Shown here: piece by piece, positions 15,529 through 29,245 of the stretch | Layout: each line of letters begins with the position of its first letter | Numbering within the stretch: position 1 is the first letter of the stretch | Position numbers and translations under genes: made by a program | Notes under the pieces: generated by a model | Databases searched by the model: none | What the model was told of the DNA's origin: nothing | What the model saw: the letters and a program-made list of their open reading frames with translations, nothing else | Assembly: GCA_964016885.1 (NCBI GenBank) | Contig: CAXHJY010000925.1 | Coordinates: forward strand, 1-50,002 | Reading direction: 5' to 3' | DNA: 50,002 bases | Source: Eledone cirrhosa | Taxonomy: Eukaryota

Positions 15529-16372
15529 GAGACCTTCAAGATAATAAAGAATCATCTGTACTCTACCAACATGCTAAGATAGAACACAAGGGTAAATTAG
15601 AGAACATAGAAATAAAAATATAAGATATAAGGATGACATGGCTGTTATTTCTAGCCAAGGAAGTGTCGAGTTAGAGTCTCCTTTGTTCACTGGAGCGCTA
15701 TATTATAGAGAGAAGCGACCTTGCTACCTTAACACTCATCTTCAATGTCCTTCAAACTGACTGCTGCATCAGCCGTATCGTTCCATTTCTAATAGCCAGT
15801 CTGTTTATCGTCTACTGTGTGTGTGTGTGTGTGTGTGTTTATCGTCTACTGAGTGTGTGTGTGTAGTGTGTGGATTACCTGGGGTTGGCTGGTGAGCGGG
15901 TTAATAAAATGATCCTCAGCAATATAGTAGCTTCGAGTCAATTAACTACATACTATATATCTACGTTTTACAGTTTATTAAAAAGAAAAGAATAAAAACT
16001 TATAAAAAATATATATGAAACGGAATCAATATATCTTATATACAGAACATTGCATCGATTTATTTTTCGGTAAGGGGAAGTTTACCCTCTGACATTTACG
16101 AATAAGAAGCTAATATCTCGGCACCTCTTCAATGGACACATCATGAAAAGAGATGGCGAAAAGATATTAAGGTTGAGCATGCGCTGAAGCTTCTAATTCA
16201 GTTGTCATTTGCAATAAATGATGGGCATCGTTAAGTGAGAAACCCAATCTAATCTGCGAAATATAATTGGATTTCAATGACGTATATAACCATATTTAAA
16301 ATAGACGTTCACACTCATATAGACAGAGAGGGACAGAGAAAGAGGTGTGGGGAGAGAAATATCATATAGATT

Positions 16373-16408
<36 letters not shown>

Positions 16409-16864
16409 ACGAACGGGTATGGGATAAGGATAGAAGTATGGGAGTGAGGAAAAAGCTGAAGAATATGGTAAGGTTGGAAAATATGTAAGAATTTGTATAA
16501 GAGGGAATCATTTTGTGAAGTAATGTGAAAAAGAAAGAGTAAGTGAATTAGTAAATAATTGAGATACAATAGAGATAGTGATAGAGAATAAAGATGGTAA
16601 AAAAGGTACATTCATGCATGAGAGAGAGAGATTTGTAAAGGGGAAAAAGAGGGTGGGTAAAATACGTTTAAGCGAGATGATTTAATATAAATTAAAATGG
16701 AGAGGAAGGTGCCGTACAGAACAGAAATTCAGTTTTCTATGAATCCATGTTTGTATGAATATGTGTATCACTATATAAAAAATAGAGAAGTTACTACAGA
16801 CAGAGAGAAACTGTTTTGGATAGTATATGTAAGAAACATGCACACTACCACATACGTATACATT

Positions 16865-16975
16865 CATGCACACACACGCTCGCAAGACACACACACGCTC
16901 GCAAAGACACACACGCGTTCGCAAAGAGACACACGCGTTCGCAAAGAGACACACACGTTCGCAAAGACACATACA
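16865..16975 (+). repeat. About 20-bp tandem repeat tcgcaaagagacacacgcgt, 5 units
   Basis: Directly visible. Confidence 0.9.
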
Positions 16976-17370
16976 CACAATTTATTTGCAGTGAGATCAA
17001 AGAATACTCAATCTATAATTACAATTTAATAGACATATACACACACATAGAAAAATAGGAATGTGTGTGTGTGTTTGTGTTTGTGTGTGTATGCGTTTGT
17101 GTGTTTGTTGTGTATGTCCTGTCTGTGTGTGTTTATCTGTGTGTCTGTGTGCATCTCTGTGTCTATGTGTATGTATCTGTGTGTATATCATCACGGTGTT
17201 CTGGCTTTCACAAATATAAATATTACAAAAATGTTTTATTCAAAAATCGGGTTCGAATCTCCTGAATTCAGTAAAACTTCGATGAAATAAATTATATAAA
17301 ACAGGAGACGAAATATGTGAGTGACAGTTCCTAAAACATTTCCCCTTTTTATATATTTGTATAGTTGATG

Positions 17371-17640
17371 AGGCGGTGAATTGACGGAGTCGTTGAGATG
17401 TCGGACAGAATCCTTTACGGTATTCGTCCAACTTCTTTGTGCATTCTGAGTTCAAATCCCGCCGGGGTCAACTTTGCCTTTCATTCTTTCAAGGTCGATA
17501 AAAAGTATACCAGTACTGGGGTCAATTCTTCCTCCATAGAAAACAAAATCGGGTCTGTTTAGACCTGGAGAGGGTGGAGCTCTGCCAGGTTTAAAAGTGC
17601 CCTAGACACGCCGTTTGACGGTGCGTCTACGAGTCCACAA
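17371..17640 (+). mobile_element. tRNA-derived SINE with extended 3' module
   Basis: aggcggtgaattgacggagtcgtt...gagttcaaatcc (B-box-like)...ggtcgataaaaagtataccagt; the 3' module agacctggagaggg...gccagg is shared with 18812-18895. Confidence 0.82.
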
Positions 17641-18599
17641 GAAGTTATGGTATGGGGGGGGGGGATACGTTGATAGATATATTCTAAGCCTGGATCAGTT
17701 ATCGATTCTATTCTCATTCGCAATCGATATCTCTCGATATGTAAGTCGTCGTTGATTTTATTGATCCATTTTACAGTGTTTTTAATGTTCCGTCATCAGA
17801 TACAGCCCCCTTTTCATTGTTGATATTGAACACATTATTCTTGCTAATTAATCTAGCATCACATTCCCTGAAATTAATTAAATTTTGACATAAACTCCAA
17901 TTGTAGATTAATTAATCCCAGTCCAGTAAACCCGATATTGTAAGAATTTCCAACCGTGGAGTTCTGACCCCTACTATTTTGTTTAGTTTTTTTTAAATAG
18001 CTGCCCCAGCATGGCCTTCTCCATTCTGTCCGCTGGGGCCATGGGGCGGTCAGCACGTGGGACCCTATTTGCTCATAATACAGAGAGATGGGGAGGGCGA
18101 GAGTGATGGAGGCGATGACAGTGGGAGTTCGGCTCTTCCGTGTTCGGACCCATCAATTCTAGGTTAAAGAGTAAAAGAGTAAAAGAGTAGTGGTTTATGA
18201 ATTACATAATCCAATATGTCCTATGTCTCGATGGTCAATTGACCACATAAATATTTCCTCATCGGTTGTATAGTAATTATGCTGAACATCATCATCACTG
18301 TCCTCAGCAGCTGTAGCATCGTAGTGTTCAGTGTGTTATTGATTTTGTCAAATCTGATCGAGTAGATCAATAATTAGATGTTTTCCTGTCGTATTTATAT
18401 CAGTTGTTTGGATGATTACACTACATGTATTATTCCGTTTGTTAAAAGGATACATGTGATATTCGGAACATGTGGCTGTTGTTTCTTGAAGAATATCTAC
18501 CTGTATAGATATGATAGTGTTGGTTCGATATTCATGGTGGAGACAATACTGACAGTAATGCTGATGTTGATAAAAGTAGTGGTAGTAATGGTAGTTATA

Positions 18600-18895
18600 A
18601 GTGGGCTGAGTCGTTAGAACGTCTGATATAATATTTTGTCGTTTTAGTTCTTGCTCTCTGCTCCGCCGAGGTCAACTTTGCCTTCCATTATTTCGAGGTC
18701 GATAAAAAAGTACCAGTCCACTACTGGGGTAGATTCTATCTCTATATCTCTTTCTCATTTCCTCTCTCTTTCTAACTTTCTATCTTTCTCAAGATGAAAT
18801 CTGTTGTACTCAGACCTGGAGAGGGATGGGCTCCGCCAGGCTTAAAATGTTCAAGAATCGGCGTATGTCAACATGGCTTCCCTACGACTCCATTA
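18600..18895 (+). mobile_element. tRNA-derived SINE, same subfamily as 17371-17640
   Basis: ccgccgaggtcaactttgccttc...ggtcgataaaaaagtaccagt...ctgggg and the shared agacctggagaggg module. Confidence 0.78.
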
Positions 18896-18973
18896 CCTAT
18901 AACCATTGATTTAGTAGTGATGAATATAAAGATGATGCTGCTGCTGCTGCTGTTGATAATGTTGAAGATTATC

Positions 18974-19006
<33 letters not shown>

Positions 19007-19680
19007 CTGATAATGTTGATGATTATGATGATGGCTGCAACAAGCCCAAATTATAAATTGAGGCACAACAACAATAATTACATACAAACCAACATAATCA
19101 CCACCGCCACTAACAACAACAACAACAATAATAATAACAACAAGAACAAAAACAAGAACAACAACAAGCACAATAACAATATTAAATGATGTGAACAAAA
19201 TAATCAAACAACCAAGCAAAATATGACAAAAAAAGGTAAGGAGAGATGACAAAGAATGACTATAATAAGTTAAGTTAGAAACTCATTAATGAGATGTTGA
19301 GTTAATTAACGTTAGTTAAGATCACGGCTATTCCACTATCCAACATGGTTACACAATATTGTCGTTTGTTTAATTATATGTTCAATAACTTAGTTAGATA
19401 GTTAATTAAAATCTCATGTAACTGAGAGCAAGTGGTATCTGATTAACCATAGAACAACAGAGTTCACATCTTAAGAGAGTAGACGATGCTTGGTTCCATA
19501 CAACGTAGTATATATATATATATATATATATATATAAGTACATATATAGGTATAAAGAAAGTGCTCATGTGCAGAATTGCGCTAAAGATATCATATAAAA
19601 GAGGTTGAAGCCCCTTAACGACGGAAAATAAATGCCATCGGCCGCTATTAGGAAATGAAACACACACACACACACACACA

Positions 19681-19718
<38 letters not shown>

Positions 19719-19997
19719 CATACAGGTGTGTAGCTAGTACTCCTTGTCATGTTGTCCAACGTTTTTTTCCCTAGGATCCTATTGATACACTGGTGGCGAA
19801 CAGAAGTGTCTTTGGCATATCTGAAAACTATAATGATCCACAGAAGACAACTGATGAGCGGCAATTGTCTATGTGCTTGTCTCTTCAGAGTTTTCTGTTT
19901 CCTGCATTTGTCACACGTTTATTAATATATATGTGTGTATATATATATGTATACATCTATATTATATACATATCCACACTAACACATATATATATCT

Positions 19998-20036
<39 letters not shown>

Positions 20037-20755
20037 TATATGTGCATGTGTGTGTATGTGTGTGCTTTGTATATATAAGTATATAGCTGAGCTTGAATAT
20101 AAATACATAGACATATTTTGATTTGGTCGCCGTTAGGGTTACGAGTTTATGAATCGCCGAATCAAGTGTTATTGCATAATGAAAATCAAACTGAGAAAGA
20201 ATAAACGAATAAGTGAATGGACGAATATCAGAATGAATGAACGGAAATATGTTGGCGGGGGGGGGGGGGGGGTTGTGGTTGTTGTTGTTGTTGTTGTACA
20301 ATTCTACATTGAGAAAAAGAGTGTTAGCTAAGGCAATATCTAATCTATGTATGTATACAAATATGTGTGTATGTATGTGTATACATACATGCACTCACAC
20401 GCATATATATATATATATAATGTATATAAACATGTATATATAAATATTTATATATACATATACATAAATAATATATATAACATGACATGTATATATATAT
20501 ATATTATTCATTTATTTTTATTTATATATATACAAATTTACATATATATAACATTATATGTATATATAATATACATATATATATATATATACACACTTAC
20601 ATGTACATATATATATATATATATATATATAATATACATATATATATATACACACTTACATGTACATATATATATATACAAATACAAAGTGCCAGACAAG
20701 GTGAAAGAATGATAAAGAGAGAGTGAGAAAGATTATGAATTAGTATATTTATAAT

Positions 20756-20790
<35 letters not shown>

Positions 20791-21329
20791 TCACATATAT
20801 GTGTGTGTATGGGGGGGGGGGTCTATTTATGTAGAAAGCTATGTATATTTTCATTATAATTGAATTGTGTTTGTATGTTTGTTCATTATATAGCCGCTAA
20901 TGATTCTGTGTTGTACGTGATATCAGCCCGTTTCTCGTACGATACTAAGATATTCCCACAATGAATAAGTGATTATGGTCGGATACCAGACCACCAAATT
21001 GAATGTGATTGTAGGTCTAAAGGGAAGTTAAGATATATTAAAAGAATGGAATGAATCATACAAGTAATAGAATATAATGCTGGAAGGAAGAATTGTAAGA
21101 ATATATTATGAAAAACCAATAAAGATAATACATAAATATAATTAAAACAACAACAAAAACATTGAACTATAGTATCGTTCTTTCAAGTAAAAACAATAGC
21201 AAAATAGAAATACTAGGTAACGAAAGCAAATAGTGAATTATATCTCTGTGTGGCTACGTATGCGTCGTTGGCGGTACATTTCTCATCCACTCTTTCTCGC
21301 CATCTTCAGAGATTCATACATATAGATGG

Positions 21330-21368
<39 letters not shown>

Positions 21369-21390
21369 GTATATCTACACACACATACAC

Positions 21391-21460
<70 letters not shown>

Positions 21461-21604
21461 AGATATATATGAATGAATGAATGAACTGTAATGTCTGCAA
21501 TGACATCAGAAAGCAGAGCATAACGAATATATACATTAAACTTACATTTCAATACCTCCTACAACATTTCCATAGAAACCCTGACAAACAACAAAGACTC
21601 ACAT

Positions 21605-22085
21605 ACATATACACAGTTGTATATAGATATACATATAGGTGTATATACATGTACACATAGGTGTATAGAGATATACATATAGGTGTATATACATGTACAC
21701 ATAGGTGTATAGAGATATACATATAGGTGTATATACATGTACACATAGGTGTATAGAGATATACATATAAGTGTATATACATGTACACATAGGTGTATAG
21801 AGATATACATATAGGTGTATATACATGTACACATAGGTGTATAGAGATATACATATAGGTGTATATACATATACACAGTTGTATATAGATATACATATAG
21901 GTGTATATACATGTACACATAGGTGTATAGAGATATACATATAGGTGTATATACATGTACACATAGGTGTATAGAGATATACATATAGGTGTATATAAAT
22001 GTACACATAGGTTTATAGAGATATACATATAGGTGTATATACATGTACACATAGGTTTATAGAGATATACACAGTTGTATATAGA
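21605..22085 (+). repeat. 44-bp minisatellite gtatagagatatacatataggtgtatatacatgtacacataggt, about 11 units
   Basis: Near-identical tandem units visible. Confidence 0.93.
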
Positions 22086-22210
22086 AATAGATTGAAGCAT
22101 ACAAACACAGATATAGTATATAGCACACGCATGCACTCATATCACAAACAGACACACATACTCATACACACACTCATGTATTTTTCTAATATGAATATAA
22201 ATATATATTC

Positions 22211-22253
<43 letters not shown>

Positions 22254-23290
22254 CACATATTTACACGTACATACATATGTACATAATAAACATCACGAAT
22301 GATCCTAACTCTTTGTTTTTTCTTATGAAATTTTCTTGGTCCGGTGGCAAAATAAAAGCTGCGAATTCCTTTCAGATTTACACCATTGTTCTTTGGAAAA
22401 GTGTGTAGATTGAAGGGTGATTATATATGGAGAGCTCTGTAGTCTTCGAGCGGGTTCCACTGTTGTTTCACATAAATAGATTTGTGATAGAAAAGAGACG
22501 AGGCGTAAATTGAGGGGAAACTTGAATGTTGTTTGTTGGAGGGTTTATAATAAAAAAAATTAGTAAAACAAGCAATAATTATAAACAAAACAAAGTAAAA
22601 CCCGAACGTTTATTGTTTGTAAGATGAAAGAAATAATAGTTTAAACCACTAGAGGGATTAGTAATCTTATCAACGGAAGAGAATAAGCAGGGAGACGACG
22701 ACAACCACAACAACAATATTAACAATATTAGCAACAAATATAAAGCAACAGGAACAACAATAATATAAACTATTACCAATGGCAACACTAAAACAAAGCA
22801 CAAGAGATGACAACCACATTTACATAAAATACACTCCCCCGCCCACACACGCATACAAACATACATCCACACACACAAACATACACCCACAAAGTCAACC
22901 ACAAAACTGTGTTAGGGTTCGGAAGAATGGATATTTTCAATGGTTTCCATCAGTCTTAACGTTGACGTTTGATCCTGCAATACTGACATTGGTGACGCGA
23001 ACATTCATTCTATTGTTGAAAATAGTAACAAGATCTAAACAAATAGTAATAATGTTTGGAGAGAAGAAATTGATTAGATCGCCCTCCCCCCCATTATGTG
23101 ACTGGTATTTTGTTTCTTGGAACCTGGGGTAGGATGTAAAGCGATGTTGTCCTTAGCATGATCTGAATGTAATAAGATGTAATGAACGATTCTGGTAATA
23201 CAAAGTAAAATATTAAAGGGGTCATTGCAGCTAGTGTTTAAAACATGTGTATATGTGTGTACATCAGTAGGATGATCTCTCTCTCTCCCC

Positions 23291-23322
<32 letters not shown>

Positions 23323-23455
23323 CAATGTGTGCGCGTGTGTAGACACATCCTCAAGTTCTATCTTCTTAATTTGATTCAGCCACCATGTTAAGACCAAGCT
23401 GGAGCACAGCCTTTATGTAATTATGTATGTATTTTTGTATGTGTGTGTCCATACT

Positions 23456-23498
<43 letters not shown>

Positions 23499-23887
23499 GT
23501 ATATATATATATATATGTACACACATAGTTATCTGCATATTCATCTAGCTCAGTAATTTATGGACTCTCTGTATTGGTTGTACCCCGAATATTGAAGCAT
23601 GTGTTCATTATGTTGGTAGAATATTCTTGTCAATTGGCAAGGATGTTTATAGCATTAGATTTACTCACCTGAAAACAAAGCACTTAGGCGTACAAATACT
23701 TGTTAGCATGGAACGTTTGAATTTTGATTTATTGAGATTTTAAAAAAAAAACAGCTCATAGTAGCATATTGTGTGGTGGAGTTAGTTTGTTATTATGAGA
23801 AAAAAATGGCGCCCAGTTAGTTTCCGGTTTATACTAAGTCTCATACATAATATTAATGGAATATAATAAAGGCGGTATTGTTGCTAT

Positions 23888-23971
23888 AGCCTTCTGAGGT
23901 CCTAGACATCTATCATGCTATTATACTCCTACGTCGATACACAACGCTATGTCTGATTAGAAATGCCGAAC
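23888..23971. repeat. About 85-bp imperfect hairpin repeat, copy 1 (copy 2 at 25201-25285)
   Basis: Shared ctagacat..tcat.ctattatactcctacgt.ga.aca...tatgtct..ttagaaatg.cgaac. Confidence 0.75.
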
Positions 23972-24587
23972 ACACGCACATGTATATATATACATATATA
24001 TATATATATGCATATATATGTATGTATATATATATACGTATATATATATGTGTGTATGTGTGTGTGCGTGACACACAGAAAAACATATACGTGTGTACAT
24101 ACTCACTGTATAATATTAATATATATTACCTAAGTATATTACATAAGATGTGTTCATCCGATTTCTACAGATTTGCAAATAAAATATCTGGTATTCATGG
24201 CTTTCTGAACACTGATACACCGGGAAAGTGAATTGCTTCTAACCTGGATTGACGTAATTGGTTCTTGGAAAGTGGGAATCTATATAGCAATGCTATTATA
24301 CTCGCTTTTTCGGAATATTTTGACACGTTTAAAACTAAGTGATACAATTGTTTCTTCCCAGACTTTTTTTACTACGTCATTATATTTGATTGTTTAAGAT
24401 ATTTGGTGACGTGTAAACAAGGAATGACAAAAGAGGGAATACAGTTTTACATCTTTAACAATATGACGGGATCTCATATTATATTCCTTATTTGTTTCTC
24501 TATCAAATTTTCATCTCAAAATATGACAGCAGCATTATATATTCGTTGCTTATTAAGACTTCCGTTTCTTTATGAAATATATTGCAC

Positions 24588-24627
<40 letters not shown>

Positions 24628-25200
24628 GCGTGTGTCTGTGCGCACGTGCTTGTGTGTGTTGTGCAATTGTCATTCCGTAGGGATGTAGGGATAAACCAGT
24701 GATTTCATACGCATAATATAGAGATTAATGTTAGTTTCTCTTTCCCTAATGCTCCAATAATCAACGGCTTTTGTAGCATTCTCGGATCAGCTACACTTCT
24801 TATCTATGACATGTGATCTCCATAAATTATTTTTTTCCACCCCCAAGATTGTCATAGTTTTGTTTAGTCATTATATCCATGTTTCCCCTCAAAAACATGT
24901 AACTGGTTTCTACAGTGTTGCAGAGAATGTAGAGACCATATCGTGACAATTAAAAAAATATCTAATAAGCAGTTTTTGCCTTAAATATGCATGAGATATA
25001 TCACGTTACTTATATCATACCAAAAGTCGTTTCCTAGCAAATGGCTGTCGCATCTCTTCGAAATCAACGTCGTGTGTTTTCTTTTTAGTTTGTCGAAATC
25101 CTGGAATCTTAGCGTGTCGAACGATATGCCTTGTAGTATATGTGTGTGTTTGGTTTGTGTGTTCTTCTCAGCAACACAAGAGTTAAGGTGCATTGGGGAT

Positions 25201-25285
25201 AGCATTCTAAGGCTCTAGACATTCATCATACTATTATACTCCTACGTTGAAACATACCGATATGTCTAGTTAGAAAATGTCGAAC
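25201..25285. repeat. About 85-bp imperfect hairpin repeat, copy 2
   Basis: ttctaa/ttagaa and ctagacat/atgtctag nested inverted pairs. Confidence 0.75.
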
Positions 25286-25435
25286 TGACATATATACGCC
25301 ACACACACACACACACATAAATATGTGTTCAAATCTCAAGGGACAAGAAACCGCCAGGGTGAAGAAAATACTGACTAAAAATAATATGGGTCATAGAACT
25401 CAATTAAAAGGATAAATCGAGATATACAAACCTAC

Positions 25436-25768
<333 letters not shown>

Positions 25769-26334
25769 CATACCAAATAACCCCCATACGCAGGCACTAT
25801 TACTCCTTCTATAGAACATCGTGTCTCGGGTTCTACGCCCAAATGGCACCTCATATATACAGATAAACTATACAACACTCTTCACACCACCTGTGTATAG
25901 TTATCATAGTGTATTATACTTTTAATCAGAGCAATATATTTTCCACCATCTTCCTACTACAGGTAGCTAATATCAACATTTATTTGTATTGGCAGGTTCA
26001 CTTTCTAGAACTATCTAATGAAGTAAATAACCTCCCTTTAACTAATCAATTAATTATCAAATTAACACAAATACTCCGACGTTCTATTTAATTAATGTTA
26101 AATTTAAAACATGGCAACTTTATAATTCTATCAAAGGTTGCACTTAGCATCTGAAACACGTATATATTAAATTATATACTGACCCCCCACTCTCTTCCGC
26201 TATATATATGTGTGGTGTGTGTGGTGTGTGGTGTGTGGTGTGTGGTGTGTGTGTGTGTGTGTGTGTGTGTTCACAAAGAGAGATAGCGGGAGAGGGGGCC
26301 AATAAATAATTTGATATATATGTATGTATGTATT

Positions 26335-27060
26335 GTGCATTTATGTTCTGGTTTTATAATTTCTCAAATTTTTTCCCAATAGAGAGAGAGTCGGTTTCTA
26401 ACATAGACACAAGACTTTCTCATTGGAATTTACACAACATCAACTAGATAGATTATGTATGCATGCATGTGTATATATGGATGTTATTGTATGTGTGGAT
26501 GTGTTTTAAGTTGTATGTGTATATGCAGTTATTAGATGCAAAATATTTGGAATGTTTTACATATTTTTACTGTTCCATTAATGGATTCTACTTGTAATGT
26601 CCTTACTAGTTGTGTTCTTTCTGTTCTTGTGAAGCCTAGCTTCTCAAGATTTGAATGAGGCAGTTACTAATATACCATAGTGCCCCAATAATCACAGGCA
26701 TAAATCTGAAGGTGTAATCAGGGTGGAGTATCTGCAGCTTTCTTATCAGTTCTGCATAAATATTCTCCTTTTCGCTAATCTTTGATATTATATTGGCATC
26801 TGCTGGGCAGCTAATTTCCACTACTGTGCATGCTTTCTTCCTGTCCCATATCATAATATCTGGTCTGTTATGTCTGCATTTTATTGGGGTTTTTACTGGA
26901 ACATTCCACCAGTACTCTTTCATATTATGTACATGGATGTCTTCCACATAGCTGTAGCTTTTAATGTGTTTATGGTTATGTATGTATGTATCCAGTGTCC
27001 AGGCTCGGGTTTTAATTTGCAGGGTATGATACGAAGGATGTGCGGCATTATTTCTAGCAG
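26335..27060 (-). mobile_element. 3' fragment of an RLE-type non-LTR retrotransposon (R4/Dong-like)
   Basis: EYWWNVPVKTPIKCRHNRPDIMIWDRKKACTVVEISCPAD...EKENIYAEL...PVIIGAL is a PD-(D/E)xK restriction-like endonuclease; frameshifted C-terminus ...VESINGTVKICKTF, then 3' UTR. Confidence 0.85.
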
Positions 27061-27288
27061 TATAAATAACCATAAAGAGGCAATGTTACATAATATAGAG
27101 ATCTGGTAAGAGATCCAGATATGTTGCGATGTTTTAATAGTATTATATAACATATTTCTCTCACGAATATTCCGAAACATAATTAATATTTGGGGAAAAT
27201 GACGATAAGTGTTTTGACCAAAGTCAATAAGAAAAGTAACGCCAGAAGGATGTTTCTATCTGCCGCTGATACCATCTGAGATTAAGGA

Positions 27289-27332
<44 letters not shown>

Positions 27333-27749
27333 ATGTATTCAGGTATATACATATTAATGTATTTATGTGTGTATGTATGCATATACAGGCAGAGACACAC
27401 GCAAACATAAACATATACACATAGTAGAGACATATACATATAGAAATTGTAGGATATGTATAAAACACACATTTCGAGAAGTAATATGAAATACACTTGT
27501 GTCGGTGGCCCAATTAATGTTAGTTAGATATCGGAAGACTAGTAGAAGAGAAGAGAAAGAAAACAGGAAGGTAGTGAAATAGTGGGAATTCGCAGATGGA
27601 GATTATCACATCTCGTAGGCAATTTGCAGCTGTAAATTGCAGATATGGCACTTAATGGGAAACTGTAGGTGTTCTCCAGGTAGTGCACTTGGCCTAACAT
27701 TCAGAGTAGGTGAAGCAGATACATTCTATTACAACTATATATTAATAAA

Positions 27750-28890
<1,141 letters not shown>

Positions 28891-29196
28891 GTGTGAGTAT
28901 GTGTATACTTATGTATGCATATTTATATAAATATATATGTATGTATTCACCCCCCCCCCCCATATATATATATATATACATATATCGTGTGTGTTCTATG
29001 ACTGTCGAGCACACCATTTGAAATATGTTGAGATTCGGAATTGCTAACTGAATTATTCATACCAGCTTAAAGATATTGGTATAAACGGAACCATGCTTTC
29101 CTATATCCTTACACATAAAATATAAGGCACTAAATTTAAACAGACACACACGGACACATACACGCGTGTGTGTTGTGTGTGTGTGTCTATATTTAA

Positions 29197-29245
<49 letters not shown>

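Larger units (their letters stand above)
14850..15620 (-). mobile_element. 5'-truncated Penelope-like element (GIY-YIG end + HHR-bearing terminal repeat) with 5' inversion
   Basis: GIY-YIG C-terminus, then 3' region with HHR and tail; 15529-15620 is an inverted copy of 15412-15503; 3' end abuts an (AT)n tract. Confidence 0.88.

Noticed and set aside
17950-18190. GC-rich segment with gccccagc/gctggggc stem and taaaagag repeats
   Set aside because: Possibly a LINE 3' end, but single-copy here and not classifiable from sequence alone.
19745-19900. gacaa-CTGATGAG hammerhead candidate
   Set aside because: No downstream GAAA or stem III. An alternative minus-strand fold needs a CTGTGGA core and an extra base. 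Probably a repeat fragment, but not callable.
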